From: Octopus vulgaris
Taxonomy: Eukaryota
Assembly: GCA_951406725.2 (NCBI GenBank)
Contig: OX597821.1
Coordinates: forward strand, 67,580,001-67,644,000
Length of the DNA: 64,000 bases
Direction of reading: 5' to 3'
Shown: positions 41,527 to 54,712 of the stretch, in pieces
Layout of the letters: each line of letters opens with the position of its first letter
Position numbering within the stretch: the stretch's first letter is position 1
Made by a program: the position numbers and the translations under genes
Notes under the pieces: generated by a model
Databases searched by the model: none
Told to the model about the DNA's origin: nothing
The model's input: only the letters and a program-made list of their open reading frames with translations

Positions 41527-41778
41527 ATATGTATGTATGTATATATATATATATGTATGTATGTATATATATATATGTATTATATATATTGTATATATAT
41601 ATTATGTATATATATATGTATTATATATAATATATGTATGTATGTATATTATATATGTATGTATATATATATGTATGTATATATATATGTATGTATATAT
41701 ATATACATATATATGTATATATATATATATGTATATATATATATGTATGTATGTATATATATGTATATATGTATATGT
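41440..41778. repeat. (TA/TG) microsatellite
   Basis: Seen directly. Confidence 0.95.
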
Positions 41779-41907
41779 TTATTGTACCTCTGTATCTACC
41801 AGAAAGAAGAAAAAAACTAAAACTGACTAACACAGAATATGTACTCAAAGCGCAGATATATGAACCGAGAAATGTGAAACGTCTTTCAGTTATGTGTTAT
41901 ATTATAT

Positions 41908-42099
41908 ACTCTTTTACTCGTTTGCCATTTGACTGTGGCAATGCTGGAGCACCGCCTTTAGTCGAGCAAATCGACCCCAGAACTTATTCTTTGTAAGCCT
42001 AATACTTATTCTATCGGTCTCTTTTGCCGAAGCGCTCAGTTACGGGGACGTAAACACTCCAGCATCGGTTGTCAAGCGATATTAGTGGGACAAAAGTAT

Positions 42100-42130
<31 letters not shown>

Positions 42131-42300
42131 CATACATATATACGACGGGCTTCTTTCAGTTTCCGTCTACCAAATCCACTCACAAGTCTTTGGTCGGCCC
42201 GCGGCTATAGTAGAAGACACTTGCCCAATGTGTCACGCAATGGGACTGAACCCGGAACGATGTGGTTCGTAAGCAAGCTACTTACCATACAGCCACTCCT
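41908..42300 (-). mobile_element. SINE family A, full length
   Basis: Reverse complement of the family-A consensus. Confidence 0.9.
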
Positions 42301-43639
42301 ACACCATATATATTAACAAACTCACTGGCTAATCGCGACACCAGTGCCTGTTTTGGCACTAATTTTCTATATATCACTGGCGGCGATATAAGTAGCTGCT
42401 GTCTCTAGCGGTTGAGCGTCCATCATTGATGAGACCAAGGAAGATCGAAACCACGTGATATGGTGGTCTCAGTGCTGAAGTTGGTAAGGATTTATCTCCC
42501 TGCTTTTAATATAGACAAGAGCACATTTTACAGCAAAAGCAAGCCTATAAGAGAGTTTCTCACATGGTATCTGCTTCAGTAAAGTTTGTCCTAACAGAGC
42601 ATCCACGTTCAAGTGGAGTTAATAATTCTAAAAATCCACCTACCTGGACTGCCACATCTTTTTTTATTTATAAAACCTAAATAATGGAAAGACAAATTTG
42701 ATTTCAGTAATATCTGAGTGGAGATGAAAATATCCGGAAGAAATGATGCACGAGTTTCTATCCAGTTTTCTGGTTGGCCTTTTTCGTTGTTCGTTGACCG
42801 TTTTGCAAGACAGTAACTGAAGTACCTCGACTATAGCTAAACTGTTTCGGGAATCATGTGTCTAGATCTAATTTCGCTAAGAAGCGCTCAGTTCATGAAT
42901 AAGACATGAAGGAAAGAAAACCAATACGTGTGCAACATCAATGGAACCAACGGTGATGCCATAATTTGGATGACTTTAGCCATAGTATCTGCCTAGAGTC
43001 CCTCCATCCAGATTTTATGGAGGGTGATACTCGTCGGGCCTATTTTGAAACGTTGAATAAATTACCTCACAAGTCAGTGTGGCATGTTTGGTTTGTGCAG
43101 AAACAGTCCCACTCTTTCGTCCTATGAAACTTGTATTTCTCTGGTGCAAAACGTTACGAGCCCATTACTTATCAGAGTGCAGGGTTTGTATGAAGTTATC
43201 CTCTTTCAGATAAGTGGCTTAAACGCTGAAGAGCTTCACCTGGTTCTTTTGGACACTCTGTGGATGACCTTAAGGGGACAATTCTGTGACATGTTAATTA
43301 ACTCATAGGCATGGAACAATAATGACGAAAGAAATGTTCTATACATCCCAAAACCCTGGATCTTCTGAAAGAAGTCTCCAATGCAGGGTGCAGTTTAAAC
43401 TCATACCAAGGACATCAGCTCCCTTGCACCCGCCAAATTACCATGGTAAATATACTCAATAAGTGTGAGTTCAAAAGTGAGTAGAATGAAAGGGTTAAAT
43501 GAGGTGCAGTACAAAAAACATTTCAGCTTAAAGTCTCAAATAATATAGAACATTTACCATAAAGCGCTCTCGAATTGAAAGCATTTTTATAACAAAAAGT
43601 TCTCGGAACAGGCGCCGTGTCGATTATAAACTCATTCTA

Positions 43640-43975
43640 TAATCACGTGGTTTTGGGTTCAATCCCACCTGGTGGCACATTTGGCAACTGTTATAGCCTT
43701 GATCAATCTATGTCTTCCGTGTGAGTTTAGTGGATGAAAGCAGTATAGAAACTGGTTTTGGATATATGTGTGTGCGTGTGTCTGTGTACGTGTATGTTTG
43801 GTATGTGTGTGTATGCGTGTTGCGTGCGTGTGTTCGCATCTGTGTTTGTTCCGCCTAACGCTTGACGACCGGTCTTGCTTTGTTTACCTCCACATACCTC
43901 ACCAATGTACTGGCTTTGAATGTTCCGGTAAACACTTCGAAACGATATTCCAGTAGAGTCTGAAACAAGTGAAAG
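43640..43975 (+). mobile_element. Old SINE-A-related copy
   Basis: gggttcaatcccac..gtggcaca.ttggcaa, internal (TG)-rich tract, ctgaaacaagtgaaag tail. Confidence 0.6.
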
Positions 43976-44633
43976 TTAATGTGTAAAAGATAAACTATTC
44001 ACTTGATCTTTAAATTGACTTCGTCAAACATTGCTTCAAATGAAAACTTATTTTTATCTACAGATTCTTGTTTCTAATTCTTTCAGATATTATCTGATAT
44101 AATTTTAAAATGTTCGCAATTATACAGCATGTTGCTATATGCGTATATAGATAATTCAATTCGCGCTTTGTTGCTTTCGGTCATACCCAAGCAGATCCAA
44201 ATGAGATGTGTATAAGTTGACTTTAAGAAACATTATTTAAACACCCAAATATCTGGAAAGAGATATATACGGAAGAGGGACTCATAGACTCTTGAGTCTG
44301 AGTAAATGATATTATTCCATTCTACCCTGTAGTTTTTTTAAATGCTTTGCTTAAGTGCAAACCACCACAAGCGTGAAGGGGCAGCAATGGAGTCTGTATT
44401 GGCTCTACACTACGCCGTAATTAAATAACAAAATCGTGTTGTTGGGTGCAAAATAATAATAATCTGCAAGTGACAGCCGATAAATATATGCATATGCTCA
44501 CATATACGGAGACATATCAAGTGCAACAAATTGACTTTAGTTATCTAGTAAAATTTTTGTCAGAGGCGGGTGGGGAAGCAACTGTAAAATCAATGTTAGC
44601 AATAGAACATAAACAATACAATAAGAGCAAAAA

Positions 44634-44756
44634 CATGACGACGACGACGATGATGATGATGATGAATATTATGATGGCCAGTGGGTGAGTGGGGTGGTGG
44701 TGATTATGATGATGATGATGATGATAATAGTAGCAGTAGTAATAATAATAATAATA

Positions 44757-44788
<32 letters not shown>

Positions 44789-44820
44789 CAACAACAGCAA
44801 TAATAACAACAACAACAGTG
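44634..44820. repeat. Trinucleotide low-complexity tract (GAT/AAT/AAC)
   Basis: Seen directly. Confidence 0.9.
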
Positions 44821-45326
44821 ACAAAAGCTGAATAATAAAATCTGGTACACCTTCAGAGAATGTTTGATTGCAAATTATGATTGTTGCCGTTTTTAAAACA
44901 TATTCAAAATCAACAGAACAAAACGTAAATCACACATACACATGCACGCACATACACACACACTCACATACTCACACATACACTCGCACACACTTACGGT
45001 CGTAAGCACACAAACATACACACACATGCAAGCACATAGAGACACACACATACATTCAAATCAATAACAAAAAACGATAAAAATAGAAAAGTGTTCAACA
45101 GCTAAAACAAAAAGAAAAAAACGTCGTAATAGTGATAATGCCGAAAAGCTACAAACAACAGCTTTGCTAATGACAAGGTTAAACCCGTGAGTAGTAATTA
45201 TAATTTATCTGGCTTGCTTTCTAAATTTACTCTTCATTCCACGTACCCACCACAATACTCTTTCCCTCCTTTGTCTTTCTCCTCGTCTCTCTCTCTCTCT
45301 TTCTCTTGCGCAATATAGGTAGACAG

Positions 45327-45375
<49 letters not shown>

Positions 45376-46345
45376 TCTATTTTGGTATATCTACATACAC
45401 GTGTACGCACACAGGCCATGCTAGAGCAGCACCTTGAAAGGTTTTAGTCGAATAAATCAACAGTAGGAGCTATCATATACATATGTGTGTGTGTGTGTAT
45501 AGGGAGGTATCTATGAACATATCTATACATATATGTACATATACATGTATATGGCATACACACACACATACATGTGTATGTGTGTATGTGTGTGTGTGTA
45601 CATATGTATATGTATAGTATATGTAAATGTAAATGTACATTTATACCTCTATGTATATAGACCAGGCACGTGCTGTCAGTAATTACTCAGAGTAGGCAGT
45701 TGGTGACCTTTATGTAGTAAAACACAAATAGCTTAAATACTGAGATTGAAAGACCGGGGTGAATTATGCTTACCTAATCTACAAAAAAATAAAATATTTT
45801 GTATTTTATGCATAGTAATCAGAGTAACATTCATAATTTTATTGAATTAGCTGTATATTTTAACATATAAGTAAAATGTTACTATCAATCTATTTTATTC
45901 AAAGTAGGCAGTGCCTGCCTTGCTTGCCTAGGTGGCACGTCCGTGATATAGACATATAATTATACCTGTATACACAAATACACTCATACCCCAGTACTAC
46001 GGACTCAAAGTGGGGAACATCGGTCCGATGAAGCCGATTACCCGTAGATGCCGACACTAAGGTTAGGTTACGAGTGGCTAGTATCAACAATTACATTATG
46101 AAAGACAGAGGAATAAATACAGTACTGTGCTTCTAATGAAACACACTACCCAATCTGACAATCTACACTGTAAATAAACACTACAATAGAGTAAATTCAA
46201 CATTTTTTAAAATTTGAAATGAGACTTACCATGAATGGTGAAGAGATGTTGTTGATATGACTTGATTTTTCCGCTGCTTCCGGAATACGTTAAGAGGAGG
46301 TTCGTAGTACCGAGCTATTAGTGTATATATATATATATATACATA

Positions 46346-46587
46346 GTAAAGTATAGAAGCCATCTTATCATGGCTAACCACATTGGGGAGGGGGTGTTAC
46401 TGTAGCTTTATAGCCCCAAGAGATCGTCGTCTCTAGCTGGCTTTAGACACAATATCAGTGCCCACTCCAAGGGCACTGATATTGTGTCTAAAGCCAGCTA
46501 GAGACGACGATCTCTTGGGGCTATAAAGCTACAGTAACACCCCTCCCCAATGTGGTTAGCCATGATAAGATGGCTTCTATACTTTAC
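46346..46587. repeat. Near-perfect palindrome: 118/117-bp arms, 7-nt loop
   Basis: Arms 46346-46463 and 46471-46587 differ, by eye, only by one base in a G/C run; loop actccaa. Confidence 0.95.
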
Positions 46588-46990
46588 ATTATGGAGCGAT
46601 TACTGTTTCAATCTCATTCTGAGATTTAATTATGCTTATATATATATATATATATTCATACAATACATTTATGCATGCATGTAATAAAATAAAATAAAAC
46701 ACAAACAGTATTTCTGGATGAAATTTTACAAATTATTTTGAGTATCGAACAGAGAATTTACTTTAAATTAGTCGTTTACACTGTTCGTGATAAACTCGTA
46801 AAATCATCTAATCTTGATTAACAGATAGAAAGCTGGAACTAAATTCATTGTTTTCCTTTAAGACTTTCACAGTTTTAGAGTTAAAGATATATATATGCAT
46901 GTATGTGTGTGTTATTGGAAGGCTTCCCCGTGATCATAATGGCATTGAAACGGAATGCACTATTTTTCTTAATCATTATTAATGATATAT

Positions 46991-48095
46991 AAAGGCGGTG
47001 AGCTGGAAGAGTCGTTAGCAGGCCGGCCTATATACTTAGAATTTCATCGGTCTTTACTTCTGACTTCAAATCCCTCTCAGGTTCAGTTTGCCTTTCATCC
47101 TATCGTGAGTCGATAAAATAGGTACTAGTAACTTACTTGGGTTGATGTAATCAATTTCTCCTTCTCCTCGAATGCTGCTGCCAAAATTTCAAACAATTAT
47201 CAATGCTATATAAATGCGGTCGTCAGGAAGAATCGTTAGCGTGGCAGAGAAAAGGCTCCGCAACATATCGTCCGTTTTTTTGGGGGGGTTTTTTTTTTTT
47301 TTACGTTCTGAATTTCATATCCGCTGAGGTCGACTTTGCGTTTCACCTTCCGTTGTAAATGAAATGTACCAGTCAAATACTGGGTACGATATAATAGACT
47401 AAACCCATCAAAATTTCAGGCCTTGTGCTTATAGTGGAAAGGATTATTAATTTAATATGAAGCCGGCGAGCTGGCAGAAACGTTAGCACGCCGGGCGAAA
47501 TGCTTAGCGGCATTTCATCTTACGTTACGTTCTGAGCTCAAATTCTGCCGAGGTCGACTTTGCCTTTCATCCTTTCGGGGTCGATTAAATAAGTACCAGT
47601 TACGCACTGAGATCGATATAATCGACTCAATCCATTTGTCTGTCCTTGTTTGTCCTCTCTGTGTTTAGCCCCTTGTGGGTAGTAAAGAAATAGGTATTTT
47701 GTCTACCGTTACGTTCTGAGTTCAAATTCCGCTGAGGTTGACTTTGTCTTTCATCCTTTCGGGGTCGATAAATTAAGTACCAGTTACGCACTGGGGTCGA
47801 TATAATCGACTTAATCCGTTTGTCTGTCCTTGTTTGTCCCCTCTATGTTTAGCCCCTTGTGGGCAATAAAGAAAGAAGAAACGTTAGCCTACCGGGAAAA
47901 ATGCTTAGCGGTATTTCCTCCATCGCTACGTTCTGAGTTCAAATTCCGCCGAAGTCGACCTTGCCTTTCATCCTTTTGGGGTCGATTAAATAAGTACCAG
48001 TTATGCACTGGGGTCGATATAATCGACTTAATCAGTTTGTCTGTCCTTGTTTGTCTCCTCTGTGTTCAGCCCCTTGTGGGGAATAAAGAAATAAG
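46991..48095 (+). mobile_element. Head-to-tail array of five SINE-B units (two old, three young)
   Basis: Units begin near 46991, 47211, 47459, 47693 and 47878. Confidence 0.9.
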
Positions 48096-48294
48096 AACCC
48101 TTAGTATATCGATTAAAACGCTTACCTGCATTTCTTCGGTTCCTACGTACTGAGTTCTAGTACCGCCTCTTACACTTTCAGAATCGATGAAATAAGTAAA
48201 AGTTGAACCGAAAAGTCCAAATCTTGTGGCTGTCACAGGAAGTATTATAAATTGCATATCGAAGAATTTGGCATTCAAAATTAAGTAAAATTCT

Positions 48295-48505
48295 AGAGAG
48301 TTCTGAAAAGTTCCTGACATTGAGTAAACGAATATATACCGGAAGAGCAGTTAATTATTATTTTATTCAACGTTTTCCCCTCAAAGATTTAAACATTTTT
48401 CTTTTAATTTTTCTAAGCCCTATAAAAGAACTTAGAAGGTTGGGCCTCCAACCAGGCCTTTCGAGACACCCTTAAAACCAAAAACATTTCACCATTCCCA
48501 CATAT
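48295..48505 (-). mobile_element. Mariner-derived MITE, diverged
   Basis: ctgaaaagttcctg...ttttattcaac...ccaaccaggcctttcg, as in 22091-22312. Confidence 0.65.
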
Positions 48506-48697
48506 ATACGTTAGTAAAGGAGGGTAAAAAAAGCAAATTTACACTTAACATTCTCATTAATATTTTTAGATAAAATTTTTAACCATTAATTTAATCCACT
48601 TGATATACCATTCCATTTGAAATGATAGGCTTCAAATTTTAAGCCCTTTTTTATGTGTAACAGAATTTTTAATATTGAAATAAAACTTAGCGATTCA

Positions 48698-49105
48698 TCT
48701 TTATATATAAAAGTGAAGTTGTGTATCTGTCTCCTACGATTTAGATTCCTAACTACTACCACATTTTGCGGTGCAGTTTAACCAAAACCGGGTATCTTAT
48801 AGTCGTGATTCATATCGAGCCCTTCTGGGTATTAGCGCGCGTCTACGATGAGTCTACGATTTAAAAAAAAAATTTACCATCATTTTTTTCCATTTTAATG
48901 CATTTTTTTTCGCTATTATATAAAGGAAGTAACTCTCTAAAAATGTCTACGACGAGTCAACGATTTTTAAAAAAAAATTACCATCTATATAATATTTTTC
49001 CCATTTTTAATGCATTTTTTTGCTATTTTTTGGCTATAACTCTCTAAAAATGCTTATATAGTTATTTCCCTTACAAACCCGAGCAACGCCGGGCGATACT
49101 GCTAG
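48698..49105 (+). mobile_element. Non-autonomous Helitron
   Basis: A|TCTTTATATATAAAAG ... cccgagcaacgccggg hairpin, CTAG|T; internal tandem repeat beginning gtctacga.gagtc.acgatt. Confidence 0.88.
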
Positions 49106-49351
49106 TTATTTATAAAATATTTATTTTAATCCAAGATGTATTTTATTTGAGCTGATATTGCCGCTAATATGTCAATGATTTACGCGGGGCAGTAAATGTT
49201 TAATACATTCTGGCATTTGAAAAATAATCATAGATTGAGCAGTCTTATTTTATTCTTTTATTGGTTACCGTCATTAGACTGCGGCCATGATTGAGTAGCG
49301 TCTTGAAGAATTTTAGTCAAATGAATCGACACAGGATTCATTCACAGGAAT

Positions 49352-49570
49352 GAAGGCGGCGAGCTGGGAGAATCGTTAGCACACCGGGCGAAATGCTTTG
49401 TGGTCTCTCGTCCGCCGCTGCGTTCTGTGTTTAAATTCCGCCGTGGTCGACTTTGCCTTTGAACCTTTCGGGGTCGATACATTAAGTACCAGTTACGCAC
49501 TGGCGTCGATGTAATCGACTTAATCCGTTTGTCTGTCCTTGTTTGTCCTTGTTTGGTCAATAATGAAATA
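49352..49570 (+). mobile_element. SINE-B inserted in SINE-A
   Basis: Flanked by gaatcga(c/t)acagga at about 49323 and 49571. Confidence 0.85.
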
Positions 49571-49817
49571 AGAATCGATACAGGAGGGGTATTTTTTTTT
49601 TCCTATAGTCAAGTACTTATTCTATCGGTTTCTTTGGGAAAAACCTCTAGGTTACGGTAACAAAAACACAGTAACACCGGTTATCAAGCGGTGGTGATAC
49701 TCACCCCCCCCCCACACACACACACAGCAACACACACGCAGCAACACAAACACAGCAACACACACACACACATATGTATATAGATAGATAGGGCTTCTTT
49801 CCATTTCTCTCTACCAA

Positions 49818-49857
<40 letters not shown>

Positions 49858-49859
<2 letters not shown>

Positions 49860-50835
49860 ATAAAACGGTAAGATAACAAAAGAAAGAAAGAGACCTCAAT
49901 ATTATGTAAATAGAGAATTTATCTATACAATATGTTACATTACGGTAGTCAAGATAAAACTCTGAGTTCAGATGCGGTGAATCACAACACCATCCGTTAT
50001 CTATTTGAAACGTTATGAAAAAATACCGTTAAAAAGGAAATTACTTGTAAACTGCTTTGCCTGGTCTTATAATTCATTCGTCATAAAATTATATAAAAAT
50101 ACATAAAAATATATAAAAATATATAAAAATATATAAAATCTTCTTGGACATAACACAAAAGCATTTCTATCCGTTAGGGACAAAAACATGTCATGTGGAT
50201 GATCCGAAAGTCTGTCCTTGTATTTAGACATGGTAGGGTCGCTGCTTTCAGATAAGATCTTCCATGTCAAACCCACTTCGCTGCCGTTATAGGTTATCAA
50301 ATCTTCCATTGTAATAATCGACCTATCTCTTAAAGACCAAATATGATTGGATAATTGTGTCGCTTTCTTATCCAATCATATTTGGTCTTTAAGAGATAAA
50401 GGTGTCGATTATAACATACAATGGAAGATTTTGGCCAGATGTCTATACTAACGGCAGCGAAGTGGGTTTATGGACATGGAGAATTATCTGGAAAAGCAGC
50501 TGACCCTACCACATGTCTAAATACAAGGACAGAATTTTCGGATCATGCCCACATGTGACTAAATTTCTGTTACGTTTTGGTCCCGAAAACGGATAGAACA
50601 TGCTTTCTGTGTTATGTCCCAAGAAATTTTATATATTTTTATATATTTTTATATATTTTTATGTATTTTTATATAATTTTTATGACGAAAAATGCAGATA
50701 TTATAACAGAGTAATTTCCTTCATTTTTAACTATATTTTCAAACGTTTTCAAATAGCAGATACGATGAGATGGTGTTGTGGATTCCACTTCGGCATCTGA
50801 AACTCAGAGTTTATCTTGACTACATAATGTAACAT

Positions 50836-50843
<8 letters not shown>
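49858..50843. mobile_element. Inverted duplication of a Penelope-like element 3' end (GIY-YIG C-terminus plus 3' UTR)
   Basis: Arms 49924-50354 and 50368-50843; translate to T.LSNHIWSLRD....IQWKILAR...TCLNTRTEF...CPH..KFLL, a Penelope endonuclease C-terminal signature; flanked by (TA)n. Confidence 0.85.
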
Positions 50844-50888
<45 letters not shown>

Positions 50889-51339
50889 TCTGTCCACCAA
50901 ATACACTCACAAGGCTTTGGTCGGCCTGGAGCTATAGCAGAAGACACCTGCGCAAGATTCCACGCAGTGGTACTGAACCCGAAACCATGTTGGGAAGCAA
51001 GCTTCTTAGTGCACAGCTACTCGTTTGACATCGTTACGTACAATAAAACCTAATTCGTAAATAAGACAATGGTTGAACGTAGTTGCTGCTGATGATTAAA
51101 AATGGCTTTGTGCAAACTATGTGAAGATATCAAAGGAATTGATAATATTATTGAAATTGCTGTCTGTTTTGAAAGGTGTAACGGTTCATGAGTTCCATTA
51201 AAAGAGAAATTATCTTTTTGCATTTATTTGCGATTATATAATTGTTTCTTGAAATTATTTAAACTGAAGAAAGCAAAATAAGAAATTGAAACAGTTGCAT
51301 GTTCATATATCTATATATATATATGTGTGTGTGTGTATG

Positions 51340-51372
<33 letters not shown>

Positions 51373-51707
51373 ACAGTAGAACCTCGGTTTACGAACGCCT
51401 CTGATCACGAATAAATTGTACTTTATATCTATCCATTTATCTATCTATATGTGTATGTGTGTGTGCGTGCGTGCGTGCGTGCGTGTGTGTGTGTGTGTGT
51501 ATGTGTGTGTGTGTGTATCGTAGTAACCAAGCTAATACAAGGGACAATACTCATTCGGAATTGTTTCAAAGCATAGTTTCATATCTAGATGCCTGTTGCA
51601 ATATATGTTAGGAAAACATTTAAATCAAAAGAATTCTTGACTGAAGGACACAATGTAAATAAAAAGACCGTAAGCACATGCAAACATACGAACATATATT
51701 GATATTT

Positions 51708-51924
51708 ACAGGTTGGCCCCAAAATAGGTTTATAGTTATTCAACTATCCCTTTCGCATTCATATGTTAACAGCTAAGATCCAAATTATTAAAAAAATATG
51801 AAACCATTATTCTATGCTAATTTAGTTAATTACAAGGTAGAAATTTTAATGTAATAAAATGTTTTAAGAGAAATTTAAAGTGTCTACGTGATAACAGTAA
51901 ATCTACTTTTGGGCGACTCTGCAT
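51708..51924. mobile_element. Tc1/mariner MITE
   Basis: caggttggccccaaaataggtttatagtt ... aacagtaaatctacttttgggcgactctg imperfect TIRs. Confidence 0.7.
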
Positions 51925-52146
51925 ATGCACATACATAGACACACCTACACATGTTATATATAGATAGATAAGTATGTATATCTTATATGCATATTTTCGT
52001 TTACCTTATCCATGTTACTTGCTTCGGACTTTAGATTGCGGCCATGCTGGGGTATGGTCTTGAAGAATTTTTGGTCACATGTATTGACACCAGTATTTAT
52101 TTTTTAAAACCTGATACTAATTCTGTCTGTTGCTTTTTTTCGAACC

Positions 52147-53566
52147 GTCACTTCCCACTGACGGAGCCTTCTCCGCTGGTGGCATATATCCCACTTGCGG
52201 TTCTGTCGACGACCTAGGAACATCCGCCGACCGTCCCCTGCTACTCTTTTTTTTCTTTCTTTTTGAGGCTGTGGAAACAGGGGGCTGCGTCGGCAGACGC
52301 GGGTGGTCGCTACCTTCCTCCGCCGCCTGTATATTCTTTGGTGAGCACACCTTTCTTTTTCTTTTCGTGGAGGCAACTTCTTCCACGACTTCCACCGTCA
52401 CCCCCTCCAATGAGGGGGCGGCGGGCCCTTTTTCTTTTTTGTGCTCCAGGGCCTTACCACGGCCCTTGGGGCAGTTCTTCCTGATATGGCTAGGCTGCAG
52501 GCACAGGTGACGCTTGGGGGAGCGTCCCTCAAGTATCACCGGGTACCTGTACTCGGCCATTTTTAGGAAGTCTGGGAATATCATATCTCCCACGGCCACC
52601 GGGGTCCACAGAGTCAAAGTTGCCTTTAACCCCACCGAGTCGACTACAGTAGCTATATTCACACTCAATAGCCTGGGCCCGCTATCCCCCAGGCCTTGTC
52701 GGATGGTATCTTCGATCTATCCCGCCTCCGTGTCCGGGGTCAGCCCGCACACCCAGGCTCTTCTTATCTTCCTCCCACAATAAGTGGGGAGGAGCAAAAT
52801 TTCTTTCCCCTCAAGGGGCTTGCTGGCAAATGTCTTTGCTTCCCCGAGGGTACCAAATAGCAACCAGATGCAAATTTGTCCCCCCCGCTCCCCGAGCAAT
52901 AAATTTGACATTTGGCAGATATTCTGCCAACTCTTTTTGTATAGTTTCTTTATTAAATTGAACGATGGCGCCGAGTAACTCCTTGGGCGGAACAATCTCC
53001 CACAGCAGTGGCTTCATTCTTTTTTTGCCATGTGTAAAAAGTTCACAAAAGTTCAAAGAAGTTGAAAGAAAAACAAAAAGTCTAAGAATGTCCAAAAACA
53101 AAAATTGTCAGTTGAAGCAAAAAATAAAAGAAGCACAGAATAAAAAGGATAGAGAGAAAAAAATAGAAGAAAACAGTTCTAGACAGCAAAAACGACAATC
53201 CTGGCCAACAGGTACTCCAGGCCAACTGGAACTTCGCGACAGGAACTTTTAAATGGTAAAAAAACAGGAATACGGGCCACCGCTGACAGCAATAGTAACA
53301 TCAACTGGAACAAAATTTCAAGTCTTCGGGCGGATAAGGCCCCCAACGCTTCTTTTTTTTTTTTTTGCTACACAAGCTAAAATAACACAATAGCCGCCGA
53401 GAGCATGTGAAATTGTCCCAGAGCTGGGCACAATTTACTGAAAAAATAATTTACACACAATAAATCATGCCCAGCTGAAAACAAACTTACTTCGACGGAC
53501 TTCTTTCGGTCTTATTTTTCTTCTATTTAGGACAGAGCTCAAAGCTCACGTCCTCACCGTTCAATG
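52147..53566 (-). mobile_element. 5' UTR and decayed ORF1 (gag-like) of a Tx1/L1-clade LINE
   Basis: PVILEGRSPKRHLCLQPSHIRKNCP is a degenerate CCHC knuckle followed by a K/R-rich tail; frameshifted upstream pieces; GC-richer than flanks; abuts a SINE-A tail at 52015-52146. Confidence 0.7.
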
Positions 53567-53706
53567 TCAAGAAGTCACCTCAACGTGCATGTACGGAAGC
53601 AAGCTTCTTTGTTTTATTAAATTTGCCACAAGGGCAGCACACAGAGAGATGCTTGCGGGCTGGACACAGAAATTAATGGGATGAATGATAATGATACAAG
53701 GATGAT

Positions 53707-53965
53707 AATTTGCCAAATTATTTTCGTCGCTTTGAGACCGCGACATGTTCACTGACAAAATTCCGTGCTGAATTTTTATCATTGAACAGGTCGAGGTCTC
53801 AAAGCGACGAAAATATTTTGGGATATTAAATTTAAATGTTGAAGTGAATCTAACGGTTTTTGTGTGTTTCTTAAATGGCTTATAAACACCATCCACGCTG
53901 CAATTGTTTTCGTTCCAGCACACGATCTCAGATCAGGTCACTTGCTATGCAAGTACATCTCCGTA
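53707..53965. mobile_element. Short repeat with internal hairpin carrying two G3-C8-type hammerhead-like motifs
   Basis: Arms 53707-53762 and 53771-53830; minus arm ttttgtca-GTGAACA-t-GTCGC-ggtctcaaa-GCGAC-GAAA-ataa-TT-tggcaaa; ends at (TA)n. Confidence 0.5.
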
Positions 53966-54485
53966 ATCTATCTATATATATATATATATATATATTTGTC
54001 AAATTAAATGCCTGTTGAAGCGAATTGTCAGACAATCGATATGTGAACTCCACTAAACCTAAAAATTTAATTTTTCCGAAAGAGAACCAAAGCAAAAATA
54101 CAAAAAAGGAAAACGGAGAAGAAATAAAACAGAAATGTTGAAGATAAATCTATGTTAATAAACATATAAACAATTTGTCTCGATAGAAATTATTTCATAT
54201 GAACTGCAAAATGATCAATATGTAGAACCTCATTCTTTGCTTAACCATCATGTTTAAATATTGTTTATTGTAATTTACAGCACATACCACGTAAGATATT
54301 TAATTACAAGTTCGTTCCGGCTACAACTCTTTGAAGTCTAATCGATTATGAACAGAATAACCCTTAGAGCTGATTCTAGTTAAATTCGTAAAGGAATAAT
54401 TTCCAATTACATTTAAGTTAGACTAAACAAACTAAATTTCATCTACAGCAGTTACATAGAAAAGTGTTGATCTACGTGAGCTTCA

Positions 54486-54712
54486 GGCGCATGCGTGGCT
54501 GTGTAGCTTGCTTCCCGACCACATGGTTCCGGGTTCAGTCCGACTTCAAGGCACCTTGGGCAAGTGTTTTCTACTATAGCTTCGGGCCGACCTAAGCCTT
54601 GTGAGTGGATTTGCTAGAGGGTAACTGAAATAAGCCCAATGTGCCCATGCAGTGGGAAATAATCCGGAATCATGCATTTTGGAAGCAAATTCCTTACCAC
54701 ACAGCTACGCCA
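54486..54712. mobile_element. SINE-A head (+) fused to an inverted SINE-A head (-)
   Basis: 54486-54638 forward; 54640-54712 is a diverged reverse complement of the head. Confidence 0.75.

Larger units (their letters stand above)
49255..51020 (-). mobile_element. Old SINE-A split into three pieces by nested insertions
   Basis: Tail 49255-49336, middle 49600-49820, head 50886-51020 are colinear. Confidence 0.7.

Noticed and set aside
46991-48095. Repeat array that could be mistaken for CRISPR or a satellite
   Set aside because: Units of about 185-245 bp are dispersed SINE-B copies; no short repeat-spacer structure, no cas genes, eukaryotic DNA
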